Positions 1 to 12,100 of a stretch of 64,000 nt of DNA are shown piece by piece. The position numbers and the translations under genes are program-made. Position 1 is the stretch's first letter, and each line of letters starts with the position of its first letter. The notes beneath the pieces are model-generated. The model had not been told where the DNA came from and did not search any database. It saw nothing but the letters and a program-made list of their open reading frames with translations. This DNA is from Felis catus (Eukaryota): the NCBI RefSeq assembly GCF_018350175.1, contig NC_058368.1, positions 195,178,001 through 195,242,000 on the forward strand, written 5' to 3'.

Positions 1-1348
1 TTTCCCATTCAATTTCTATAAAAAGCTGTACAGCGTTCCATCACGTGGATGCCCAGTAGCTGATTTAATCAGCCAGGCACTGGTGGACATTTAGGCTGTT
101 CCCAATCTTTCCCAGTTAGAAACAGAGCCCCAGGGAATACATTGTCCTTTTGAAATTCCTTTCAGCCTCTCTCAGCCGTGATGTCCCACACGGAAAGGAC
201 ATGGGCAAGGCAGGACACAGGCAGCGAGCCTCAGAGCAGCCGGGACAGGGTCTGACTCCTGGTTGGACCACTTGGTCCTGTCCCACCTTGGACCCCTTGC
301 TCATTCCATGTGAAGCAGAGGAGCCTGGGAATTTGCGTTTCTAACGCGCTTCCTGGTGAGACTGGTGTGGGGACTGTACTTTGATAACCACTGTGCTAAG
401 CGACTAAAATATGGACTCTGGTAATTCCCATCTCTTCAGGTGGGGATTAAGGTATGTAGCCCCATAGCACCATGCTGGTACCAGACTAAGAACTTAATAC
501 ATCTTAGTGATTATTACTAGATCAGCCCTCTCACCACAGAGCGAAAAGTTAACCAGACGTAGGGATGATGCATAGCGATCCTCGGAGCCCTGATCTGTTC
601 TCCAGGGGGTTGAGGGGTATGCTGGAGCTTCTCTCCAAAATCTCCTCTAAGACCTAAGTCTGGAATGGCTGGGGAACTCTGCCAAGCTGCCTGGCATCAG
701 AAATTGTCATTTTGATGGTAGCTGGGGTGGAGAACTGGGGGGGTAGAAAGAAGCCCAACTTGGAGCCCCAGCGCTGACTGGGTGATGGATGCTTCTGTGG
801 GCACCGTCCTGTGCCAGCTTGCTCCCTGGTGAAAGGGTGTGCAAGAGAAGACAGAGAAGGGGCTCGTCACATGCCAGCTCCTACCCCAGCCATCAAAGGG
901 CCCCCTCTATCTTTAGAGCCCTTGTAATCTGCTCTCATTAACAGTGCTTTGTGGGGGGGGACATCAGTGGTGGAGAACCCCAGGCGGCCACCGCAGGCCT
1001 GGTCATGCCCCCGCTGCTCTCTCCTTGGGCCCTGGGAGGGGAAGCCTGGGAGGGGAAGGCCATGCTTTGCTCCTTCCCACGCCACCTCTCTGCAGGGAGG
1101 CAGGGACTCAGGAGAGCTGGCAGAAGTGTGTGAGTTTCAGTCAGAAGAGGGGCACTCAGCACAGCGCCAAAATCACGGGGGTGGAAGAAGTGACTGGGCT
1201 AGGCTCTACCCTGCTTTGTGACCTTGGGTAAGGCCTTTTCCCTCTCTGAGCCTCCGTGTTCCCTCTTGTACAATGAGATGTGCTCAGGATCTGCACCTGG
1301 TGCCCTGAGTCAGTGTCGAGTCCCAGAATTAAGAAGTCAGTAGCATTT

Positions 1349-1565
1349 GGGGCACCTGGGTGGCTCGGTCGGTTGAGCGTCCAACTTCAGCTCAGGTCAT
1401 GATCTCGCGGTTCACAAGTTCGAGCCCTATCTCGGGCTCTGTGCTGACCACTCAGAGCCTGGAGCCTGCTTCAGATTCTGTGTCTCCCTCTCTCCCTGCC
1501 CCTCCCCCGCTCATGCTCACTCTGTCTCTCAAAAATAAATAAAAACACTTAGAAAAAAAAGAAAA
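1349..1565 (+). mobile_element. SINEC_Fc-type SINE
   Basis: GGGGCACCTGGGTGGCTC head, B-box GTTCGAGCC, CT-rich region, AATAAA and A tail; degenerate TSD AAGAAGTCAG. Confidence 0.92.
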
Positions 1566-2048
1566 GAAGTCAGCAGCCTTTTCCTTTGGCTCACCTGTGT
1601 GCAGCCCCAGGGACATTGAACTTCTAGCACCTGCATTTGGCCCTCCTCTGCTGCCCAGTGCCCCAAATTGCTGCCCTCTCTCCCCAGCCTCCTTTTCCCC
1701 GCTCCAGTCGGCATTCTACTCCCTAGGCCTTGAGAGCCACACCACTGTGATGCTCTGCCACTCACTGGCTGTGGGATGTCAGAGAGCCATTCAAGCACTC
1801 AGCTTCCCCGTGTGTAAAGTGGAAATAACATCATTATCTGCAGAGGGGGCTGCTGTGAGCGGGACCATACGCGCAGAGGGCTTAGCATGGTTCGGGCACA
1901 CAGCAGGCTCTCCATACCTGCGAGCCATTCTTGCAATTATTGTCGTTGTTTCTTTAAAAGCTAAGAAGAGCCAGACTCTGGGCGGAAAACACCTAACTCT
2001 TGAGACTCTATGTCTTTAATTTTGTGTTTTTTAAAAAAATGTTTATTT

Positions 2049-2706
2049 TTTAATGCTTTTTAAAAAAATTTTATTTATTTTTATTTTTTTAAATTTACAT
2101 CCAGATTAGTTAGCATATAGTGCGACAATGATTTTTGGAGTAGATTCCTTCGTGCCCCTTACCCATTTAGCCCATCCCTCCTCCCACGCCCCCTCCAGTA
2201 ACCCTCTGTTGGTTCTCCATACTTATGAGTCTCTTCTGTTTTGTAGCCCTCCTTGTTTTTATATTATTTTTGCTTCCCTTCCCTTATGTTCATCTGTTTT
2301 GTTTCTTAAAGTCCTCATATGAGTGAAGTCATATGATTTTTGTCTTTCTCTGACTAATTTCACTTGGCATAATACCCTCCAGTTCCATCCACGTAGTTGC
2401 AAATGACAAGGTTTCTTTCTTTTTGATTGCCGAGTAATACTCCATTGTATACATATATATATATATACCACATCTTCTTTATCCATTAATCCATCAATGG
2501 ACATTTGGGCTCTTTCCATACTTTGGCTATTGTTGGTCGTGCTGCTATAAACATGGGGGTGCATGTGTCCCTTCGAAACAGCACACCTGTATCCCGCGGA
2601 TAAATGCCTCGTAGTGCAATTGCTGGGTCGTAGGGTAGTTCTCTTTTTAGTTTTTTGAGGAACCTCCATACTGTTTTCCAGAGTGGCTGCACCAGTTTGC
2701 ATTCCC
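2049..2706 (-). mobile_element. 5'-truncated carnivore/felid LINE-1 3' end, inserted in a SINE tail
   Basis: Minus-strand ORF2 C-terminal remnant ([26 protein letters not shown]), T-rich tail at left, TSD AAAAAATGTTTATTT at 2034-2048 and 2707-2721. Confidence 0.9.
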
Positions 2707-2721
2707 AAAAAATGTTTATTT

Positions 2722-2902
2722 ATTTATTTTTGAGAGAGAGAGAAGAGCGGGGGGAGGCAGAAAGAGAGGGAGAGTGAATCTCAAGCAGGTTCCGCACTGT
2801 CAGCACAGAGCCCGATGCAGGGCTCGAACTCATGAAGTGTGAGATCACGACCTGAGTGCAAGATCAAGAGTTGGACGCTTAACTGAGCCACCCAGGTGCC
2901 CC
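2722..2902 (-). mobile_element. SINEC-type SINE (tail interrupted by L1)
   Basis: Ends in GAGCCACCCAGGTGCCCC; GA-rich segment. Confidence 0.9.
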
Positions 2903-3072
2903 TAATGTTTATTTATTTTGAGAGAGACACAGAGAGAGAGGAGAGTATCCCAAGCAGGCTCCACACTGTCAGCACCGAGCCCAACGTGGGGCTGGAACTC
3001 ACTAACCGAGAGATCATGACCCGAGCCGAAATCAAGTTGGATGCTTACCCGACTGAGCCCCCTCAGGCGCCC
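2903..3072 (-). mobile_element. SINEC-type SINE
   Basis: Tandem with the previous SINE, ends in CAGGCGCCC. Confidence 0.88.
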
Positions 3073-3139
3073 TGAGGCACAGGGAGGTTAAATGCCTCCC
3101 CCAAAGTCCCAGCAGTCTGGCTCCAACCACTACACCAGA

Positions 3140-3782
3140 GGCTCTCATGGAGTGGTCTAAGGACCCCTGGGATCCCAGAGACAATTGAACATGATCCACA
3201 AGGTCGAAATAAATTTCATTATTACTAAGAACTTGCTTGCCTTTTTTCCTCTCATTTTCTCATGAGTACACAGTTGAAATTTCCAGAAGCTACATGACTT
3301 GTGATATCCTAGCAAGTAGAGAGGAGAATCCAGGTGTCTCTTGCAGCCATTCAAAAAAAATGTACAGCAATGCCACTCTTCTTCTCGCTATTTTTTAATT
3401 TTGGAAATATTTTCTGAAGGATACTTCTATGATAATGTGATGAGTTTATTGTGACTTTTTAAAATAAATAGCCCTGTAGGGGCGCCTGGGGGGCTCAGTC
3501 GGTTAGGCGTCTGACTTTGGTTCAGGGTCATGGTCTCACGGTCCATGAGTTCGAGCCCCGCGTCAGGTTCTGTGCTGACAGCTCAGAGCCTGGAGCCTGC
3601 TTCGAATCCTGTGTCTGCCCCTCCCCCACTGCACTCTGTCTCTGTCTGTCTCAAAAATAAATGAACATTAAAATAAATAAATAAATAAATAAATCGCCAG
3701 GTAAATGCTTAGAATGTTCTTCTCGGTTTTAACAAGGTAAGAGTGTAAAGCAGTCAGACACCACAAAGCTTGAGAATCACTG
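3140..3782. mobile_element. hAT-Charlie-type non-autonomous DNA transposon interrupted by a SINE
   Basis: Terminal TTGAGAATCACTG and internal AT-rich sequence resembling Charlie/MER MITEs; family uncertain. Confidence 0.5.
3479..3692 (+). mobile_element. SINEC_Fc-type SINE
   Basis: GGGGCGCCTGGG head, (AAAT)n tail. Confidence 0.92.
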
Positions 3783-3901
3783 TTCAACACTAAACAGAAA
3801 TGCTCCCCAGTCATCGTAACGTGGGTATAATGCTCCAAGGGAGGCCCACTGGGGGTGTGTGGTCCCTGTGCTGCTTGTCAGTATCATTAGTATTATTAAG
3901 A

Positions 3902-4120
3902 GGGGCGCCTGGGTGGCTCAGTCAGCTAAGCGTCTGACTTCAGCTCAGGTCACGATCTCGCAGTTCGTGGGTTCGAGCCCCATGTCGGGCTCTGTGCTGA
4001 CAGCTCAGAGCCTGGAGCCTGTTTCAGATTCTGTGTCTCCCTCTCTCTCTGACCCTCCTCCGTTCATGCTCTATCTCTCTCTGTCTCAAAAATAAATAAA
4101 CGTTAAAAAAAAAAAAAGAA
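3902..4120 (+). mobile_element. SINEC_Fc-type SINE
   Basis: Full head, B-box, AATAAACGTT followed by A tail. Confidence 0.93.
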
Positions 4121-4300
4121 ATAGATACCTGGATCATGCTACACGGAGTGGCCCATGGGATAACCAGCCCTATCATGAATCAACGCCTGTGATTCAGAGC
4201 GTCTGCTCTTGTGACTTGCAATATGGGACTTAAATTGTAAATCCCTCCTTGTGTTTCTTTCTACAGTTTCCTAAGGGTTGTGGCCTCTCTCTCTCTATTG

Positions 4301-4410
4301 CTCTTTTTTAAAGATTATTTATTTACTTTGAGAGAGAGAGAGAGAGAGTACAAGTGGAGAAGGGACAGAGAGAGGGGGAGAGAGAATCCTAAGCAGGCTT
4401 CGGGCGCCCC
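4301..4410 (-). mobile_element. Internally deleted SINEC-type SINE
   Basis: Tail and GA region joined directly to the GGGCGCCCC head; A-box/B-box region missing. Confidence 0.7.
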
Positions 4411-4520
4411 CTGTGGCTTGTCTGTCTTGATCAGCAACCCTGGTAATGTCTAAGATGATTCCCCCTGCTCTTTGAGATGCACCCCATCTGAGCCCTGCAA
4501 AAAAAAATTTGTTTCCTACT

Positions 4521-4740
4521 GGGGTGCCTGGGTGGCGCAGTCGGTTAAACGTCCGACTTCAGCCAGGTCACGATCTCGCGGTCCGTGAGTTCGAGCCCCG
4601 CGTCAGGCTCTGGGCTGATGGCTTGGAGCCTGGAGCCTGCTTCCGATTCTGTGTCTCCCTCTCTCTCTGCCCCTCCCCCATTCATGCTCTGTCTCTCTCT
4701 GTCCCAAAAATAAATAAAAACGTTGAAAAAAAAATTAAAA
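4521..4740 (+). mobile_element. SINEC_Fc-type SINE (young)
   Basis: Full length, CpG-rich; TSD AAAAAAATTTGTTTCCTAC on both sides. Confidence 0.95.
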
Positions 4741-5185
4741 AAAAATTTGTTTCCTACACAGCCTATATTTTATACAAGATGCTTATAAACACTTCTGCCA
4801 AATTTTGTGACAGCCCATCTACTTATTTTCACTTGATATGGTGACAAATAGAAACTGAATAATGAAAATGACAGTAACAGTCATATTAGAAATTCAGTAA
4901 ACATCGATGGCACAGAGGCAAATGCCAAATAATGGCAAATCTAGAGAAACTTTTGTGGAAATGTTCATGAAATCTGTGTGTGTGTCTCTTGCAGGGGAAT
5001 CTGGTCTTCTGGGTGGCAATCTTAATTTAATCTTTCATATCACTTTTTAGATTGCTCTCTTTATCTGGAACTCTGCACGAAGCTTCTTGGAGAGATTCCA
5101 AAGGACAAATATGCTTGAGAAGAATTTCATTCCAGAAATATTGTTAGGATCTGACAGGAGCATGATTCTAACTTTCAGTGTTTCT

Positions 5186-5438
5186 TTTTTCTTTCTTTTT
5201 AATTTTAATGCTTCTTTTTTTCAACTGTATTTATTTATTTTGAGAGAGAGAGAGAGTGTGTGTGCACAGGTGGGGAAGGGGCAGAGAGGCAGAGGGGGAG
5301 ACAGACAGAATCCCAAGCAGGCTCCACACTGTCAGTGCAGAGCCCGATGCAGGGCTCGAACTCACAAACTACGAGATCATGACCGGAGCCGAAGTCCGAC
5401 ACTTAATCCTTTACCAACTGAGCCACCCGGGGGGCCCC
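5186..5438 (-). mobile_element. SINEC-type SINE
   Basis: TSD TAACTTTCAGTGTTTCT at 5169-5185 and 5439-5455. Confidence 0.93.
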
Positions 5439-5849
5439 TAACTTTCAGTGTTTCTATAAAGGTTCCTTCAAAAGACAAGAGCTAGGTTTTTCAGCCGTGT
5501 TGGGTAGATGACTACGGCCTTACGGGATGTGTTAATACTCTATATAGAAACCCCACGGAGCCTTCTGTATCTTGCTTGGCAGCCTGGTTCACCTCACTCT
5601 GCTTTGAACTTTGTAACCCAATCAGAGGCTTGCCTGAGAGCCAGCTCACAATGGCACCGTGTCAAAAGGAACGAGCTGCAGATCTGACCCGAAAGGTAGG
5701 GATCCTGGCTGAACGGGTTGACATTCTAGAGCTTCAGGTCTTCAGCTGTGAAATGGAAAATGAAATCTACCCCTCTTAGCCCTACGGTTGTGTTCTAGGG
5801 ATCAAACAAGGTAAGTCCTTTGAAAAACAGAAGGCATTTGTCTCCCGAG

Positions 5850-6320
5850 CGATTCCCACGTGCAGTTCTGCCTACCTGGAACCCACTCTGCCCGCACCCC
5901 CCCCCCATAGCTGTGTAACCCCAAATGGTCCTACAACGTGGCTTCTCTTGCTGCAGCCATGCTGGCCTCCGGGTGCAGGCGTGTCTCAGCGTCTTTGTTA
6001 CTGTCACACCCTTCGCGCGGAATGCTCTTACCTTGGGTGACGACGTGGCCGAGCCCTGATTTCCTTCCCATCTCTGTCCACATGTCACCTTATCAGAAGG
6101 CCTTCTCTGAGCACACTGTATGAGTTAACATCCAACCCCCAGCAGCCCTCCTATTTCTCTTCCACCACATCGGTGTTCTTTGCAGCACGTATGCATTCCC
6201 TAGTTATTTGTGTGCCTGTCGATGGTCTGACTACAGTGGCGGTTCCACAAGGGCGGGCGCTTTGCTGTGTTCTGTTGTGATCCCAGGGCTTGGGACCTAG
6301 CATGCACACCCTCTTCCACC
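5850..6320 (+). mobile_element. LINE-2 fragment
   Basis: L2-like motifs ATGTCACCTTATCAGAAGGCCTTCTCTGA and TTCCACAAGGGCGGG. Confidence 0.5.
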
Positions 6321-7199
6321 AGAGTAAAGAAAAAGTGAAGAGACAAGAAAATCGCAGACTGCCATATCAGAGTGTGAGACAGGGTGGGCTGGGGGCAAGA
6401 AATTTCAGTGGGGCGGACCATACAGAACAAAGGAGAGGAGACCCCCTATTCCCTCCGGCTCCCCTCCCACCTCTCGGCTTCGACGTATTACGGCAAAGCC
6501 TGGGTGTAATTATGGGCATTTAGGTTGTTTACTCCTTGTTAACCACCCTCTTTGCTCACTTAATTGGTCCAAAGCCTGTGGTATGAGTAACCAGCCATGC
6601 GGCAATTTGGCACGTGGGACATAGTAGTGGTGATGGGGTTGAGCAGGGATCGCTGCCTTCACACTAGCTGAGTTCTGGGTGCAGCCTCGTGCCGAAGTGG
6701 AGCTCAGATGGGCGGCGCCCTGCAAACACACCAGGGGGACTTGCCCAGCCCCGGGATCTTCACTCTGGGCTTCTCGGGGGTGCCTGATTGGTCTCCCAAA
6801 TTCCGTGCTTTGTCAGCACCCTACCCAAGTGGGTGGAATAACTCCCCCTCTCCCGCTTCAGGGGGACTAAAACCCAAGCTGCATCTACACGGCCTGGCTT
6901 TTGACTGCCTGGCCACCTCACCTCACAGGTCTCTCCTCCTCGCTCATCTCCTACCTGCTTTCCTATACCGGTCCTGCCTCAGGACATTGGCACTCACTGT
7001 TCCTCTCATATCCTCATGGCTGCCTCCTCTTATCCATGTATTAGTTTATATGAATGACTGAATGGATCGTATGACTTTGGGCAAATCCTGGTCTCTCTCT
7101 GTATTGCCATTTCCCCAACTGATAAATAGGTAGATGGGTTTAAGTTCCACGTTCCTTTCCAAAACGTATGTCTGAGAATCACACAAGTCATTTAATGAG

Positions 7200-7900
7200 G
7201 TCACAACATTTTTTGCAGACTCTACTGGGCTCTGGGTTCTAGAGGCTATGTAAATAGTGATGAAAAAAAATAAAGGTAGAAATCCTGCCCTGAAGGGGCA
7301 GACTTTCTAGTGGGTGGAGATTGACAGACAATAAACATAGAAACAAATAAGATAATTTCAGTGACTGGTAAGTACGGTAACAATAAAAATAAGGGAACGT
7401 GGTGGAGAGTGAGCCATGGCAGGGGTTTTGGTTAGAGTAGTCAAGGGGAGCCTCTTTGAGGAGGTGACTTTTCAGTGGAGACCTGAGTGACAGTGAGCTG
7501 AGACAAAGATTCCAGGGAGGAACAGCAAGGGTAGGAGCCCAGAGAAAGAAACGAGTGTGTTATCTTCAAAGAGGAGAAAGAAGGCCTGTGCAGAGGGGGA
7601 GGGTGTCTGGTGGGCAGGATGTAGGGGATGAAGGTCTCGTCCAGGGCCATGGTACAGAGTGCGGATTTCATGTTTGGGGCGATGGGCTGTTCATGGAGGG
7701 TTTGGGGAGGAGAGTGACTTAACATCTTAGAAAAAAGTCATTCTGGCTGCTTCTTAGACTGAAGGGAGACAAGAGAGGAGGCAGGAAACAGCTGTCCACG
7801 GGAGAGAAGATGGCATCTGGGTCAAGGGCAGAGGGGCTGGTGGAATTCTGGGTGTACGTTTTGGAGGTAGAGCCGAGAGCGCTCACTGCTGGATTGGATG
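7200..7900 (-). mobile_element. LINE-2 fragment
   Basis: CCTGCCCTGAAGGGG...GAGGAGGTGACTTTTCAGTGGAGACCTGA...GTCATTCTGGCTGC, typical L2 reverse complement. Confidence 0.6.
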
Positions 7901-8652
7901 TGCTCGTGAGACAGGGATGCAGCTAATATGTGTCTGGTGAATAACAGACATGGCTCAGCGATCCCTGTGGGAGGCTGGTTTGCCAAAGAGCTCAGCATTG
8001 GGGTTTGGGCACAACTGAAATGACCTTTGTATTTCCTACTTGTCATTGTCCTTGAGGACAGGCACCGTGTGGCTTTTGTTACTCTACCCCTGATGCCTAG
8101 CACAATGCCAGGCACAGAGCTTGTATCTCTCCCAAGGACCTCCCAGGGAGGCTGGGCCAGGAAGGCGGCCCAGGGCTCACAAGCCACCTGCTCTCTATGG
8201 TCCTATCAGCCCCATGTGTTGCCAGTCCGAGCAGGTAAGGCAGCTAGGCTGCATCGCCCCTTGCCATCTTCAGATCACCCAGAGCCCCCTCCTGTCTGCA
8301 CCCCCTCACTGGCGCTAGGAGCCCAGGAGCCCAATTTCGATGCAGTCTGGCTGCTTTCCCAGCTCAAAAATATGTCCCCTGCTTACAATTCACCAATAGT
8401 CTGGGCCCCCATCCACTTCTTCCCCTGTGGGTCACACACAGGCTTTGGGGAGACCCAGGCGTCGGCCTCACATTAAGGGTGAAATGTCAGTTGTACGGAG
8501 GAGATGTTAGGGGCAGGGGTTTGGGGAGGGGGGGTGATCTGTATTAATCCATACTTTTCTCAGCTGGGGAGCTCCCCACTCGGCCTGTGATTAAAGGCTG
8601 ATACAGAAAAAAGATATTCCTTTTTCAGGAAGGTCTTCTCCAGGTTGCCTCC

Positions 8653-8694
8653 AGGGGAAGAGTGCTCCCCCAGAGGGGAAGAGTGCTCCCCCAG
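8653..8694. repeat. Perfect 21-bp tandem duplication
   Basis: (AGGGGAAGAGTGCTCCCCCAG)x2. Confidence 0.95.
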
Positions 8695-10068
8695 AGAGCT
8701 TCTCAGGGAAGGGACTCTTTGCATTCTTGGCTCAGCCTGACTGATTATGCAGGCTTCGCCCTGTTCCAGGGCTAATAAGAAAGCACAGCCCCAAGGCACT
8801 GGGGCTTTGTATTAAATTTTTAATAGCCACGGTGGGTTTGATCCCACACTCATGGGTGAATTAGTCACTGCAGGTTCAAGTGAGGAATTTATGGACAGGC
8901 CTCAACAATCTGCTTCTAATTTGGGGATGGAAACTTTGATTTAAGAATTCTAAAAGGCAATATGGTATATAGTCAAGGAGGCCTAAGTCCCTGCCATTCA
9001 ACGAATCTTATTAATCTACATGTTTGGCACTGTGCTGGTCTGGGCTCCTCCCTGTGAGTCGAGCAAGTTACTCCAGTCTTTGGGCCTCAGCCTCTTGACT
9101 TGCAAATGAAGGAGTGGGGGCTTCTCCCAGCTCTTTCCAGCTGGGTCTATGAAGGACAAAAGTTATCTCCAGCAGCAGCTGCTCCTTGGAGGCCTCCCTC
9201 AAGGAAAGTTGGCTTTGGGGCAGAGCACTTGCTAGAAGCCCAAGCATGCCCTGCCCTGAAGCCCCGCCCTGAACCTCTGCTCCCCTTCCTGTTGCTGGGG
9301 GAGAGTGGAAAGGGTTAAAGTTGGCTCAGCAAGGCAGGAATAGACTCACTGGATCCCCTCCCTCTTCAGGTCCTCTCCCCATTTTGTTCTCAGGGATTTG
9401 CTCAGCTTGCTGAGGTTAGGTAAACCTCCTTGCTGGGCTGGGAGCCATGCCTCTCTGCCTCTCTGCTGCTAGAGAGCTGAATTGTAGCAACTTGCCTGGG
9501 TTCTTCCCCCAGGCAAGAAATCTGAAGCTGTGGCAAGGGGTGGAGAAATCTTGGAACCTGAGACAATGATTCTGGCTGGAGCCAGAAGTGACTTTGGAGA
9601 TGACTGAGTCCAATTAGCTCTTTTTGCAGGTGGGGAAACTGAGATTCAGAGAGGGGGCTTTCCTTAGGTTCGCCCAGTGAGTTAGGGTTAGACTCAAATG
9701 CAGGTTCTGAGGTTCCCAGGCCAAATCCTTTCTCCTGGGTTGATCCCAGGAGTTTGGGGGACAGTCTTTTGGGCTGAAGCTGTCATGAATAGATAATGTG
9801 GTGGTGGGGGGGGGGACACAGAAGGAAAGTAGAGGGGGCATGATTCTAGGGGTCATGAGGAAGGAAAAAAGGACTGACTCTTTGTTGATGCTTTTTTGGG
9901 GCTGCCTTCCTGACACTCATCCTGCCTTTGCCAGGCTGTCCAGGCACCCCAAATGTCTACCACTTTGCTTTTCAGCTTACAGTAGGCAGGTTTGCTTTTG
10001 CTAAGAACCCAGCTTGAATGGAGGCTCATTCATTTAGTTGTAAACAGACTTGCTTCAAGCCCCAGTCT

Positions 10069-10268
10069 CCTTCCTTCCTTCCTTCCTTCCTTCCTTCCTT
10101 CCTTCCTTCCTTTTAATGTTTATTTATTTTTGAAAGAGAGAGACAGAGCGCAAGAGGGAAGGGGGCAGAGAGAGAGGGAGACACAGATCTGAAGCAGAAC
10201 CCATGAACCTGAGATCATGACCAGAGCTGAAGCCAGACGCTCAACTGACTGAGCCACCCACGTGCCCC
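10069..10268 (-). mobile_element. SINEC-type SINE with (TTCC)n tail and internal deletion
   Basis: (TTCC)~10 at 10069-10110, SINE head ends in GTGCCCC. Confidence 0.88.
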
Positions 10269-10879
10269 TAGCCTCTCTTCTTATTAGCTGTGTGATCTTG
10301 GGCAAGTTGCTTAACTTTTCCGAGCCTGAGCTACCTGTCTATCAAATGGAGCGCCAACAGTAACTTCTTCACAGTGTTGTGAAGAGATGCCTGAGATAAT
10401 GCAGGGCCAGGCACAACGTAAGTGCTAGAAAAATGATAGAGCTTACCAGCACTCCTCTGTCTTGGTGTCCCCTCATCGTCTTGTCTTCTCCTTCAGTAGA
10501 ACGGACCTGTCTCTGGGCCTGCCCTCCTCAAAGGGTAGTGTGAAGCTGATAAGACAACGGAGGTAAAGGAGCTTCAAAAAAGACTATGTGGAACCAGCAA
10601 TCTCTCTTGGTGGTCTCTCTGACTCATTTGTCCCACGCCCCGTGGCTCCTGAACAATCCCTGGGTTGACCAGTTGTTGGTCAGCTCAGGCTTTGGATTGG
10701 GGAAACACCGGGAGCCCAGATGCACCAGGATTCATCCTAACCACCCATGAACTAAATGGCTCTGGGCATGTCATGTTGCCTTTCTAGGACAGTTTTTCCC
10801 ATTGCAAAAAGGGGCCAGAAACCCTGGTTTTCCTAATTCATAGGTCTGTGTTGGAAACTGCAAAGCTCTCTGGCTGCTC

Positions 10880-11545
10880 CTGTGTCCACCCCCACCCCCC
10901 AACCCCCTTCCTCTGGTTCCATACCTGATTTCCATGAGACATCCAGCCCATTCTGACTTTCAGTTTTGACCAGTGGTCTGGGGCAGCTGACCCAACCTCT
11001 GCTCCAGTGTTGGGTCTGAGACCCGCCTTGCCCATCAGAGCCCTGAATTCCCTATGGTCACTGTGATTGGCTCAGGGACAGGCCTGTGACCCGATCACAG
11101 CCAACTAACATTTAGCCTGGAACTTTGGCTTATAGTGACAGGGAGAAGTGACTCACTCTTTTTTCTGCTGGACAAGAGCCTGGGAGAATGAGAATTTGGA
11201 GCTCCCAGGCACCATCAGGTGTGAGGAGAATCTACCTGATCCTTAAGCAAATACAAAGCAAAACAGACAGAAGGCAGAGAGGGCAATCTTCTGCCAGAGT
11301 TGTTTGCACATTTGGCCCTAGACTTAGCTAAAGCCAAACTATTCCTGGACTTCTCAGGAATATGAGTCAATTTATTTATATGTAATAATATATATATAAT
11401 AATATTTAATAATAAAACACAATTTCCTTTCCTTCTTTCTTTCCTTTTTCTATTAATTCCTCTCCTTATCTGGTTATTTATCTTTGCTTAAGTCAGTCTT
11501 ATTTGACTTTCTGTCACTTGCAATCAAAAATCCCTAATTAAGACA
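10880..11545 (+). mobile_element. MaLR (MLT1-type) solo LTR remnant
   Basis: GTGATTGGCTCAGGGACAGGCCTGTGACCC and terminal TTTCTGTCACTTGCAATCAAAAATCCCTAATTAAGACA. Confidence 0.55.
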
Positions 11546-11599
11546 ATGAAAGAATTGTTATTATTATTTTTAATGGAAAATAATTATGATAGTTACTGG

Positions 11600-12100
11600 A
11601 ATAAACAATGTTAGCTGTTGACCCAATTTCCATTTCCCTTTCTTCCTCATTAATAGAACCCTGGATGGGGGATGGTAGCAGGTAAGTCCCAGGAGAGATG
11701 AGATGTTTGGCCTAACCTAATCATGACACCGCTGTTTCTTGTTTTTCAGAGCCCTAGCATTAACAGTGGCCATGTGACCCAATTATAGACTATAAGACAA
11801 GGAGAAATCTGCTGGGGAAAGTAGGTGTCTGGGAAAGTAGACAGCCAGCATCACCCTGTCTCCTTTTTCCTGCCTTGGAAAAGGATGTGATGACTGGAAT
11901 TGCAGCAGCAACATTGTGACCTTGAAGCAGAGGCCAAAAGAATTGCAAAGGTACCTGTCCTCACAACATTAAGCCAGTATAGTAATGCCAACAGCTGTCT
12001 GCCTGTATGCTTCTTGTGACAGAATAAAAACAAACACCTATTTGTTTAAGCCACTGTTAGTTGGATTTTCTATTATTTGCAGCTCAAAGCATTCTTTAGG
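11600..12100 (+). mobile_element. MaLR (MLT1-type) solo LTR remnant
   Basis: GGCCATGTGACCCAATT, AATAAA, TTTGTTTAAGCCACTGTTAGTTGGATTTTCTATTATTTGCAGC. Confidence 0.6.

Noticed and set aside
4403..4418. CTCF-like GGGCGCCCCCTGTGGC
   Set aside because: Formed by a SINE head junction and one base short of consensus spacing.
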